Source of the DNA: a virus
DNA length: 33,271 nucleotides
Strand: one strand, 5' to 3'
Virus record (IMG/VR): IMGVR_UViG_3300009495_000004
A program made the translations under genes and the position numbers. The notes under the pieces were generated by a model. The model did not search any database, had not been told where the DNA came from, and saw only the letters and a program-made list of their open reading frames with translations. Shown one piece after another: positions 1 through 7,514 of the stretch (positions within the stretch are counted from its first letter, which is position 1; every line of letters begins with the position of its first letter).

Positions 1-116
1 AATGGAATAACTGTTTTTAGTGCAACTAATGCTTATGGTCAATTAGCTTTTGCTGATGGAACAGGTACAAACGACCAATATAAAGGGTTAATACAATATG
101 CACACCCAGACGATTC
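1..116. repeat. Terminal direct repeat, copy 1, identical to 33156..33271 (contig-end overlap of a circular or circularly permuted genome)
   Basis: Read by eye: aatggaataactgtttttagtgcaactaatgc...cacccagacgattc is present at both window ends, 116/116 nt. The repeat lies inside an open reading frame. Confidence 0.9.
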
Positions 117-1638
117 AATGAGGCTATTTACTGCAAATACAGAAAGAATGCGTATAGACAGTTCTGGAAACGTAGGAATTGGAACTATATCAGCAACATC
201 AAGTTCAAAAGTAACAATACAAGCACAAGGTGTAAATGGCTCTGATGAAACTGCTTTAGTTTTAAGAAATTATTCAGCAAGTCCTTTTACAGGGTATGTA
301 ACAACAGAATATGAAATTGGAACTATTAATATTGCAGAAATTTCTGCTCGTAGAATTGATATTAATAATGGAGAATTAATATTTAGAACCAAACAATCAG
401 GAACAATTACTGATGCTTTAACAATAGACAGTTCAGGAAACGTAGGAATAGGAACTACTGACCCTGAACAAAAACTTCACGTTGAAGGTGCTTCTATTAC
501 TGTAAATAGAGGAAATGATGACAGTTCTATAGCATTTCAAAATTCAACAAGTAATGCAACTTGGCGAATTGGTAGAGATTATTCAAATAGTGAAGCATTA
601 ACTTTTGCATATTCAGCAACTGATTATCCTTCGTTAACAGGAAATGGTTTAATATCTATTGATACTTCAGGAAACGTAGGAATAGGAGTTAGTACAGTTA
701 ATAATCCCTTTCCTTATCAAGCAGCGTTACAAGTAGGAGATACAAGTACAGCTACAAATAATGGTTTAATAACAATAGGTAGTGGAACAACAGGTTCTGG
801 AGATATATATTTTGCAGATGGAACTTCAGGTGGTTCACAATATAAAGGTTTTGTTTCATATAAACATAATGGCGATTATTTAGCATTTGGTACTGCTGAA
901 ACAACAAGAATGATAATAGACAGTTCAGGTATCGTAAAAATATTTACTACTGGGGGAACAAGCGAGAAAACATATTCAGCAACAGCAGGTTTACAATTAT
1001 ATTCACAACAAAGCGATGCAGGTTCTCCTTTTACAAAAACATCTGATATTGTAGCAAATGGAGATGGTACTGTTCCAAGTGAATTAAGAATGTTTACTAA
1101 AGCAAGTGGAAGTTCAACTCCTACAGAAAGAATGCGTATAACATCTGGGGGGGATGTTTTATTTGGTACTACAGGTACACCAAACGGAACTTCTGTTTAT
1201 GGAAGTGCTTTTACTGATGAAACTTCAAATAGGATGATATTAAGAATGGCATCATCTACAACAGGAGATGTAAATTTGGTACTGTTTTATAATGGAAATG
1301 GATTAGTAGGTAAAATTCAAACAAGTGGTTCTGCAACATCTTATATTACATCTTCTGATTATAGATTAAAAGAAGATTTACAAGATTTTAATGGACTTGA
1401 CAAAGTTTCTAAAATACCTGTTTATGACTTTAAATGGAAAACAGATGAAAGCAGAAGTTATGGAGTAATGGCTCACGAACTGCAAGAAGTTTTACCTCAA
1501 GCAGTTTCAGGAGAAAAAGATGCAGAAGAAATGCAAGGTGTTGATTACTCTAAAATAGTTCCATTATTAGTTAAGTCAATACAAGAACTAAAAGCAGAAG
1601 TAGACAAATTGAAACAAGAATGTAAATGTAAAAATTAG
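1..1638 (+). CDS. Tail fibre protein, C-terminal part (5'-partial in the window; continues from 30363..33155 across the circular junction; joined gene 4431 nt, 1476 aa)
   Basis: Frame 1 is open from nt 1 (NGITVFSATNAYGQLAFADGTGTNDQYKGLIQYAHPDDSMRLF...) and is in phase with the open frame at the 3' end. It contains repeated (M)RIDSSGNVGIGT modules. The C-terminal SSDYRLKEDL...GVMAHELQEVLP...VDYSKIVPLLVKSIQELK resembles the peptidase S74 intramolecular-chaperone domain of phage fibres/spikes (about 1351..1638). Confidence 0.85.
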   Translation, partial: NGITVFSATNAYGQLAFADGTGTNDQYKGLIQYAHPDDSMRLFTANTERMRIDSSGNVGIGTISATSSSKVTIQAQGVNGSDETALVLRNYSASPFTGYVTTEYEIGTINIAEISARRIDINNGELIFRTKQSGTITDALTIDSSGNVGIGTTDPEQKLHVEGASITVNRGNDDSSIAFQNSTSNATWRIGRDYSNSEALTFAYSATDYPSLTGNGLISIDTSGNVGIGVSTVNNPFPYQAALQVGDTSTATNNGLITIGSGTTGSGDIYFADGTSGGSQYKGFVSYKHNGDYLAFGTAETTRMIIDSSGIVKIFTTGGTSEKTYSATAGLQLYSQQSDAGSPFTKTSDIVANGDGTVPSELRMFTKASGSSTPTERMRITSGGDVLFGTTGTPNGTSVYGSAFTDETSNRMILRMASSTTGDVNLVLFYNGNGLVGKIQTSGSATSYITSSDYRLKEDLQDFNGLDKVSKIPVYDFKWKTDESRSYGVMAHELQEVLPQAVSGEKDAEEMQGVDYSKIVPLLVKSIQELKAEVDKLKQECKCKN

Positions 1639-1670
1639 TATATTTATATCTTAATCATAAAATTAATAAA

Positions 1671-1904
1671 ATGTCAAAAATTACAAAAGAAGAATTAAAA
1701 GAATTACAAGAACAACAAGGTAAGCTAAATGCTATTAAACACGACATCGGTTTATTAAGCACACAAATACATAGCTTAAACCATATGTACGCTGATGAAA
1801 TTTCTAAACAAGAAGAAAGTAAAAAATCATTAGAAGAAAAATATGGTAAAATAAACATAGACCTAAAGGATGGGTCGTATGAAGAAATTAAAGAAAAAGA
1901 ATAA
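1671..1904 (+). CDS. Hypothetical protein, 77 aa, Lys/Glu-rich, probably coiled-coil
   Basis: ORF track. It is tightly packed between the fibre gene and the lysis genes, and its stop overlaps the next ATG (TAATG). No recognisable motif. Confidence 0.5.
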   Translation: MSKITKEELKELQEQQGKLNAIKHDIGLLSTQIHSLNHMYADEISKQEESKKSLEEKYGKINIDLKDGSYEEIKEKE

Positions 1905-2074
1905 TGAGTTTTCAGGATATGAAATTGTATGTAATGAATTTATCAGCGTTTACGTTAAGCTTTACTAATATAGATATGGCTTTAAAAATCATATTGCTTG
2001 CAGTTACTATCCTGTACACAACTCACAAATGGTATTTAATGTATGAAGAAAATAAGCGAAAACATAAGTTATAA
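1904..2074 (+). CDS. Small membrane protein (56 aa), candidate holin/antiholin
   Basis: Not in the ORF track (<60 aa). Its ATG overlaps the upstream stop as TAATG (1902..1906). The protein is MSFQDMKLYVMNLSAFTLSFTNIDMALKIILLAVTILYTTHKWYLMYEENKRKHKL, with a hydrophobic helix and a charged C-terminus. It overlaps the start of the endolysin gene. Confidence 0.45.
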   Translation: MSFQDMKLYVMNLSAFTLSFTNIDMALKIILLAVTILYTTHKWYLMYEENKRKHKL

Positions 2075-2513
2075 GGAAGCAACTTATTCTTTAACTGCTA
2101 AACAATTAGGTATTTCTAATAAGCCTAAAAAAGAGCATTTAGAAAATATGGAACTTTTAGCAGAAAAAGTATTTCAACCATTAAGAGAATGGGTAGGCGG
2201 TCCTATCAAAATAAATAGTTTTTATCGTTCAGAAGAATTAAATTCAAGAATTAACGGAGCATCAAAAACATCAGCTCATTTAGTTGGACAGGCTATTGAT
2301 ATTACAACAATGGGCAAGAAAACAAATAAAGAAATGTTTGATTATATTATCGAAAATTTAGATTTTGACCAAGTTATTTCTGAATACCCAATTAAAGGAG
2401 AGCCACAATGGATTCACGTTTCTTACGTTAGTAAAAAAGATAATCGTAAACAGGCATTAGAAATTAGAAGAAAAGGCAAATACTATACTTATACAGGCTG
2501 CAAAAATTGTTAA
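2043..2513 (+). CDS. Endolysin, peptidase M15 family (VanY / L-Ala-D-Glu peptidase type zinc peptidase)
   Basis: SFYRSEELNSRINGASKTSAHLVGQAIDI (H-x6-D) and PQWIHVSY supply the three zinc ligands typical of M15 phage endolysins. The gene is flanked by small membrane-protein genes. Confidence 0.85.
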   Translation: MKKISENISYKEATYSLTAKQLGISNKPKKEHLENMELLAEKVFQPLREWVGGPIKINSFYRSEELNSRINGASKTSAHLVGQAIDITTMGKKTNKEMFDYIIENLDFDQVISEYPIKGEPQWIHVSYVSKKDNRKQALEIRRKGKYYTYTGCKNC

Positions 2514-2659
2514 TGAGATTTGAGTTTGCAATTATTGAAAGATTTTTAATAGGGCCTTTATTAGGTTTTAGTTATTATGGAAAAGAATATAAAAAAGATT
2601 TTGAAGAATTAAATATCTATATAATTTTTATTGTGTTACATTTTAAATTTTATAATTAA
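2513..2659 (+). CDS. Small hydrophobic ORF (48 aa), possible lysis accessory protein
   Basis: Not in the ORF track. TAATG overlaps occur at both ends (2511..2515 and 2657..2661). The protein is MRFEFAIIERFLIGPLLGFSYYGKEYKKDFEELNIYIIFIVLHFKFYN. Confidence 0.35.
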   Translation: MRFEFAIIERFLIGPLLGFSYYGKEYKKDFEELNIYIIFIVLHFKFYN

Positions 2660-3066
2660 TGAAAAAAATATTTGCTAAATTATTTGGGGGTTCAGGAATA
2701 AGTATTGCTGAAAAATTATCTAATATAATAGGCAATCACGTTTTTAGTAAAGAAGAACAAGCGAGGTTTGAAAAGGAAATGGAAGAAGTTTTTATTAAAG
2801 CAGAAATTGATTTAGAAAAAGAAATTAGTTTAAGACACCAAAACGATATGGTTTCGGATAGTTGGTTAAGCAAGAATATAAGACCTTTATTAACTATATT
2901 CTCTCTAATACTTTATACAATATTTTCTATTACAGATGGCAATATTGGTAATTTTAACATACAAGACAATTACGTTTCTATGTTAGGCCAAATTGTTATA
3001 ATGAGTTTAGGATTTTATTTTACTTCAAGGGGTATAGAAAAAACTGCATCTATTTTAAAAAAGTAA
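2659..3066 (+). CDS. Holin-like membrane protein (135 aa)
   Basis: An N-terminal soluble part is followed by DSWLSKNIRPLLTIFSLILYTIFSI and QIVIMSLGFYFTS hydrophobic helices. From memory it resembles the 3-TM GTA-type holin family. Its position next to the endolysin supports the call. Confidence 0.55.
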   Translation: MKKIFAKLFGGSGISIAEKLSNIIGNHVFSKEEQARFEKEMEEVFIKAEIDLEKEISLRHQNDMVSDSWLSKNIRPLLTIFSLILYTIFSITDGNIGNFNIQDNYVSMLGQIVIMSLGFYFTSRGIEKTASILKK

Positions 3067-3167
3067 AATATTTTTTTATATATTTAGAAAGCTAAAAGCA
3101 AAACTTACACAACCTAATAAAGATGGACGGTGTTTGGATCAGGCAATTAAAAAAATAAATTTTTAGA

Positions 3168-3235
3168 GGCTTTTTCTTTCTTTTTGTTTTTATTTTCTTT
3201 TGGGGATTTGTTTGTTTTTTGTTTTTGTTTGTTTT
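3168..3235 (+). repeat. T/G-only low-complexity tract with reiterated TTTG in the lysis-to-early intergenic region
   Basis: ggctttttctttctttttgtttttattttcttttggggatttgtttgttttttgtttttgtttgtttt contains only two A residues in 68 nt and at least six TTTG units. It lies in the longest non-coding gap (3067..3257). Confidence 0.6.
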
Positions 3236-3257
3236 AGTTAATATTTTATTTATATAA

Positions 3258-3650
3258 ATGAAAAAAATATCTCGAAAAAATATAGTTAAAAGACTTGATA
3301 CTGTATTCAGTTTATATATAAGACTTAGAGAAGCAAAAGATGAAATGGTTGAATGTTTTACTTGTGGTAAAATAAGCCATTATAAAAAAAATATGCAATG
3401 TGGACATTTTCAATCTCGATCATCTTATTCAACTCGTTGGGATCCTACAAATTGTCAAGTTCAGTGCTATGGTTGTAATGTTATGCAACAAGGAAGACAA
3501 TATGTATTTGGATTAAATTTAGAAAAAAAATATGGCGATGGGGTTGCAGAGGATTTATTAATTAAATCTAAACAAACTGTAAAATATAGTAATGAAGATC
3601 TTAAAGAAATGATTTTATATTACAATAATTTGGTAAATCAATTATTATAA
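3258..3650 (+). CDS. ninG: NinG/Rap-like recombination endonuclease
   Basis: FSLYIRLR...ECFTCGK...MQCGHFQSR...RWDPTNCQVQCYGCN matches the Cys/His pattern of the lambda NinG family. Confidence 0.7.
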   Translation: MKKISRKNIVKRLDTVFSLYIRLREAKDEMVECFTCGKISHYKKNMQCGHFQSRSSYSTRWDPTNCQVQCYGCNVMQQGRQYVFGLNLEKKYGDGVAEDLLIKSKQTVKYSNEDLKEMILYYNNLVNQLL

Positions 3651-3688
3651 TTATATTTGAATGTGTTCTGTTTCGTTTTGTAGAAAAG

Positions 3689-3716
3689 AGGGTTAATTTA
3701 TATTAGCCCTTTTTTT
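3689..3716 (+). terminator. Rho-independent terminator
   Basis: A 9-bp stem agggttaat/attagccct (one G-U pair) with a 4-nt loop ttat, followed by T6. Confidence 0.7.
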
Positions 3717-3763
3717 ATTGATTTATTTTTTATATATTTGTTTTAAATATAAAATATATATAA

Positions 3764-3964
3764 ATGGAAAGAACAATAACTTACGAGGAGCATTATGTTC
3801 AAGTTGGTTTTTATCAATCAATTATTAAGCAAAAAGAAAAAGAAGTAAACGATTTAAGAGATCAACTTAAACTATCTAATGATTTATTAAAAAAATCAAA
3901 AGGCATAATTGAAACAGTAAAAGCTAAATTAGAAGTAACTCAACAAAACAGAATAGTAATATGA
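3764..3964 (+). CDS. Hypothetical protein, 66 aa, coiled-coil-like
   Basis: ORF track. A TATATTTG element lies at 3733..3740 upstream. ATGA overlap with the next gene. Confidence 0.5.
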   Translation: MERTITYEEHYVQVGFYQSIIKQKEKEVNDLRDQLKLSNDLLKKSKGIIETVKAKLEVTQQNRIVI

Positions 3965-4473
3965 AACAAAATATTTACTCTAAATTATATAAATTACAAA
4001 GTGAACTTGGATCAATTAGTAAAGATGCAACTAACCCTTTTTATAAATCAAAGTATTTTGATATTAATTCTTTAATAGGCCAATTAAAGCCATTATTAGA
4101 AAAACATAATCTTTTATTATTGCAGCCAATAACAGATAATCAAGTTAGAAGTATTATTTTTGATTTAGATGGTGGATCTGTTGAATCCTCTATGCCTTTA
4201 CCAAATGATTTAGATGCTCAAAAACTTGGATCCGCAATTACTTATTTTAGGCGATATACTTTGCAAAGTTTATTAGCTTTACAAGCGATTGATGATGATG
4301 GCAATTTAGCTATTAAAAAAAAAAGCAAACCTAAGTTAATAAATAACACACCTCAGTTTAAAAATGCATTAGATGCTATGAGCAAAGGCAAAACAATAAA
4401 CGATATAAAAGAGCATTATATTATAACTCAAGACATTGAAAATAAATTATTAAATTTTAAAATAGATGAATAA
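3961..4473 (+). CDS. erf: ERF-family single-strand annealing protein (recombinase)
   Basis: KDATNPFYKSKYFDINSLIGQLKPLLEKHNL and LGSAITYFRRYTLQSLLAL match the conserved ERF motifs. Confidence 0.65.
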   Translation: MKQNIYSKLYKLQSELGSISKDATNPFYKSKYFDINSLIGQLKPLLEKHNLLLLQPITDNQVRSIIFDLDGGSVESSMPLPNDLDAQKLGSAITYFRRYTLQSLLALQAIDDDGNLAIKKKSKPKLINNTPQFKNALDAMSKGKTINDIKEHYIITQDIENKLLNFKIDE

Positions 4474-4594
4474 ATTAAATGCAGCTTTATTGTTGAAACT
4501 AAGTCAAAAAGACAAAGATTATTTAACTGAAAAAGCAAAAGAAAAAAGAATGTCCTTATCAGGATATATAAGAAATGAATTATTAAACAATTAA
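4466..4594 (+). CDS. Small ribbon-helix-helix (CopG/MobC-like) protein, 42 aa, paralogue 1
   Basis: Not in the ORF track. The protein is MNKLNAALLLKLSQKDKDYLTEKAKEKRMSLSGYIRNELLNN, with an RHH beta-strand/helix pattern. Its 3' end is identical to that of the next ORF. Confidence 0.5.
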   Translation: MNKLNAALLLKLSQKDKDYLTEKAKEKRMSLSGYIRNELLNN

Positions 4595-4596
4595 AT

Positions 4597-4740
4597 ATGG
4601 AAGAAATTAATCAATTAAATTATAATGAAACTATTCATCTTAAAGTTACTAAAGAAGATAAACAGATTATAAGAAATAAAGCTAAAGCAAAAAGAATGAC
4701 AATGAATAGTTATATCAGAAACGAATTATTAAACAATTAA
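4597..4740 (+). CDS. Small ribbon-helix-helix (CopG/MobC-like) protein, 47 aa, paralogue 2
   Basis: Not in the ORF track. The protein is MEEINQLNYNETIHLKVTKEDKQIIRNKAKAKRMTMNSYIRNELLNN. It shares ...KRM.(L/M).(G/S)YIRNELLNN* with 4466..4594. Confidence 0.5.
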   Translation: MEEINQLNYNETIHLKVTKEDKQIIRNKAKAKRMTMNSYIRNELLNN

Positions 4741-4751
4741 ATATATAAAAT

Positions 4752-5042
4752 ATGGGAGCAATTATTAAAGCAAGTATAAGGGTAGATAAACTACCTAAAG
4801 AAAAATTTATTAAAGGAAAAGATGGTGCGGTTTATTATAACCTAACTATCTCTGTCAATGATGACACAAGATACGGAAATAACGTAGCTATAATGGATTC
4901 ACAAACTAAAGAGGAAAGAGAGGCTAAAGCTCAAAAAACTTATTTAGGCAACGGTAAAGTTGTTTGGCATAACGAAATTATAAAGTTAGCTGAGAGACAA
5001 GAAGAAGTTGTTGAATCTAATAATGATGATTTACCTTTTTAA
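4752..5042 (+). CDS. Small SSB-like protein (96 aa) with an acidic DDLPF C-terminal tip
   Basis: The C-terminus ...EEVVESNNDDLPF mimics the DDDIPF protein-interaction tail of bacterial SSB. The gene sits in the recombination module next to ERF. Confidence 0.5.
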   Translation: MGAIIKASIRVDKLPKEKFIKGKDGAVYYNLTISVNDDTRYGNNVAIMDSQTKEEREAKAQKTYLGNGKVVWHNEIIKLAERQEEVVESNNDDLPF

Positions 5043-5084
5043 TATTATACTACTATTGGAGAGATAGTTTAATATTATTTAATT

Positions 5085-5114
5085 AAGGGGGTAATTTTTA
5101 CCTCCTTTTTTTTT
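5085..5114 (+). terminator. Rho-independent terminator
   Basis: Stem aaggggg/cctcctt (one G-U pair) with loop taattttta, followed by a long T run (5106..5114). Confidence 0.65.
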
Positions 5115-5225
5115 ATGAAAAAATTAACAGACAAACAAATTAAAGCAAATAATAGAATTAGAAAACATTATTTTAAGGTTGAAAAAAAATATAATTTGCA
5201 TAAGAAAAAATAATATATTTAGTAA

Positions 5226-6074
5226 ATGCAATTAAGACTTGACGAAAAACAGACAATACAATATTTAACAATGCAAGCTATTGAAGAAGATTGCAAAATT
5301 GATGCTAAAAAAACAATTGAATATCCACCCGTAGCATTATCTTTAGGAGAAAAATTAATAAAATCATCAAAGGGAGATCTTTTGCTTCCGATACCTATTG
5401 GAACTTACGGCAACTTTTCTGTTGTAAGCGCACCCCCTAAAACCAAAAAAACTTTTTTTATATCCTTATTAGCCTCAGTTTATTTAGGCAAAAAAAATAT
5501 ATTTGGAGGCAATATAAAAGGCCACAGAGAAGATAAAAACTTAATTCATATTGATACTGAGCAAGGCAAATGGCACGCTCAAAAATGTTTTAAAAGGGCC
5601 TTAGATATGAATGATTCGGATTATTCAGAATTTTATTATACTTTTGGATTAAGAACATTAAATTACAAAACAAGAATTGAGTTCATTGAGTATTGTTTAG
5701 AGCATAAAGTTAAAAATACAGGCTTATTAATTATTGACGGCATTGCTGATTTAGTTTCAGATGTTAATAATATTGAGGAATCTAATGCTTGTATTCAAAA
5801 AATTATGGAATGGTCGTCAAATTATAAATGCCATATAATTTGTGTTATTCATTCAAACTTTGGATCCGATAAAATGACAGGACACCTTGGATCATTTATA
5901 GAAAAAAAGACAGAAACTCAAATTCAATTAGAAGCAAACACAGTAAATAAAGAATGGGTAACAGTAAAATGTAAAAGAAGCAGAGGATTCTCATTTGATA
6001 CGTTTAGTTTTAAAGTTAACGAAATAGGATTGCCTGAAATAATAGGGGACCTATACGACCCACTTAAAAATTAA
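5226..6074 (+). CDS. RecA-fold ATPase, RepA/DnaB-C-terminal (AAA_25-like), probable replicative helicase or helicase loader
   Basis: A deviant Walker A (SAPPKTKKTFFISLLA), a Walker B (GLLIIDGIADLV) and HIICVIHSN. The size and position fit a replication ATPase. Confidence 0.5.
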   Translation: MQLRLDEKQTIQYLTMQAIEEDCKIDAKKTIEYPPVALSLGEKLIKSSKGDLLLPIPIGTYGNFSVVSAPPKTKKTFFISLLASVYLGKKNIFGGNIKGHREDKNLIHIDTEQGKWHAQKCFKRALDMNDSDYSEFYYTFGLRTLNYKTRIEFIEYCLEHKVKNTGLLIIDGIADLVSDVNNIEESNACIQKIMEWSSNYKCHIICVIHSNFGSDKMTGHLGSFIEKKTETQIQLEANTVNKEWVTVKCKRSRGFSFDTFSFKVNEIGLPEIIGDLYDPLKN

Positions 6075-6089
6075 ATATGATTAAAAGTT

Positions 6090-6560
6090 TTGTTATCTAA
6101 AATTTTCCAAAAACATAAAATTTGGATTGATATTGTATCTTCCTTTGGTTGTAACAAAGATACTGCAGAAGATATAGTTCAAGAAATGTATATTAAAATA
6201 CAAAGAAATCTTAATAATGGTTTAGATATTAATTATGATGATGATTATAATTACTTCTATATTTTTAAAACTCTTAAAAGTATGTTTTTAGATTTAAAAA
6301 GAAAAGAAGCTAAAATAATTATACTTAACATTGATGATCAAATTTCATATTTTAATGATAATTATGATGTTAATTATCAAGCTTCATATAATAAAGTTCT
6401 TAAAGAATTAAATAAATTATATTGGTATGATAAAAAAGTTTATCAATTATTAGAGGGCAACGAATCAGTTGCAAAACTATCAAGAAAGACAAATATTCCT
6501 TACCACTCGTTATATAATACATATAGGAAAGTTTTAGAAAGATTAAAAAAAGTAATATGA
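6090..6560 (+). CDS. Sigma-70/ECF-like RNA polymerase sigma factor (TTG start)
   Basis: A region-2-like TAEDIVQEMYIKIQ and a C-terminal HTH VAKLSRKTNIPYHSLYNTYRKVLERLKK. The frame opens only after the tga at 6078..6080, and the first in-frame ATG is 32 codons in. TTG at 6090 is therefore the likely start. Confidence 0.5.
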   Translation: MLSKIFQKHKIWIDIVSSFGCNKDTAEDIVQEMYIKIQRNLNNGLDINYDDDYNYFYIFKTLKSMFLDLKRKEAKIIILNIDDQISYFNDNYDVNYQASYNKVLKELNKLYWYDKKVYQLLEGNESVAKLSRKTNIPYHSLYNTYRKVLERLKKVI

Positions 6561-6691
6561 AATTAGGAGATTTAGTTTATTATTTTACAAAATACACAGG
6601 CATACGATACATTTATAAAAAAATTAATCCTGATTGCGAGTGCGATAAAAGGCGCAAAAAATGGAATGATATAAAAATTAAAAGATGGTAA
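6557..6691 (+). CDS. Small basic ORF, 44 aa
   Basis: Not in the ORF track. ATGA-type overlap with the sigma gene stop, and its own stop overlaps the next ATG. The protein is MKLGDLVYYFTKYTGIRYIYKKINPDCECDKRRKKWNDIKIKRW. Confidence 0.35.
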   Translation: MKLGDLVYYFTKYTGIRYIYKKINPDCECDKRRKKWNDIKIKRW

Positions 6692-6891
6692 AATTTAGTA
6701 AAGATGATTACAATAAATGGCTTGAGTTTCGACAATCAAACAATGACTTACAAAACAGAGAGTATAAACTTTTGTGCAAGTTGCACTCAAAATATTACAA
6801 GCATCCTATACATTATCCCTGCACCTGTTCTCTCCATACAATAAATAAATGGATAAAAGAATTAAACTCAATATTTGATAATGGGAATTGA
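6685..6891 (+). CDS. Hypothetical protein, 68 aa
   Basis: ORF track. Contains a Cys/His-containing segment, HPIHYPCTCSLH. Confidence 0.45.
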   Translation: MVKFSKDDYNKWLEFRQSNNDLQNREYKLLCKLHSKYYKHPIHYPCTCSLHTINKWIKELNSIFDNGN

Positions 6892-7294
6892 ATCTATTAA
6901 AAAACTTGAGCAGGCTGTTGTAAAATTTATGAATTTTGATGGCTGGGATCTTGAGTGGACTGGAGATGGTTTTAAACATTATGATGCTTGCGGTTTTACA
7001 AGAAAAGGCAAACCTTGTGTTATTGAAATGAAATTTAGAAATAAATACTATGAGGAGAAAATGCTTGAGAAATTTAAATATGATGCTTTAATGAAGATGG
7101 ATCCAGAGGTTGTAAAATTATATTTCGTTAATGATCCTAAAGGCAATTTTTTATATTGGTTAAATAAAATAAAACTTCCAAAAGAAACTAAAATGTATTG
7201 TCCTGATACAACAATGTGGACAAAGAAAAGATTATTAAAACCTGTTTATTTATTAAAAGAAAATCAAGCAAGCAAAATAAATTTGAATATCTAA
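6875..7294 (+). CDS. Hypothetical protein, possible PD-(D/E)XK (VRR-NUC-like) nuclease
   Basis: HYDACGF...KPCVIEMKFR gives a D...ExK arrangement. This is weak, motif-only evidence. Confidence 0.3.
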   Translation: MIMGIESIKKLEQAVVKFMNFDGWDLEWTGDGFKHYDACGFTRKGKPCVIEMKFRNKYYEEKMLEKFKYDALMKMDPEVVKLYFVNDPKGNFLYWLNKIKLPKETKMYCPDTTMWTKKRLLKPVYLLKENQASKINLNI

Positions 7295-7328
7295 TATATA
7301 TTTTATATATTTAATGAAAATATAAATT

Positions 7329-7514
7329 ATGACGAAATTAGGAAAATACAAAACAAATTTAACTTTATTAGGAAATTGGGTATATAGTTATAGCACCCAC
7401 GTAGCAACTATTGAAGACAATAAACTTATTCAGTTAGGTTATTGGTCGCAAACAACTCAAAAGCATATTAATTATGTAGCTAAGGAACTTGATTTAGATT
7501 TAATAAATGAATAA
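7329..7514 (+). CDS. Hypothetical protein, 61 aa
   Basis: ORF track. Compact spacing, and overlaps the next gene. Confidence 0.45.
   Translation: MTKLGKYKTNLTLLGNWVYSYSTHVATIEDNKLIQLGYWSQTTQKHINYVAKELDLDLINE

Noticed and set aside
5115-5213. Tiny basic ORFs in gaps: 5115..5213 (32 aa, MKKLTDKQIKANNRIRKHYFKVEKKYNLHKKK) and 30283..30360 (25 aa, MRYKPKEKNIKKLKMFLKKQKNNKK).
   Set aside because: The Lys-rich translations are what A-rich intergenic DNA yields by chance. There are no motifs, and the length is too short to support a call without conservation or expression data.
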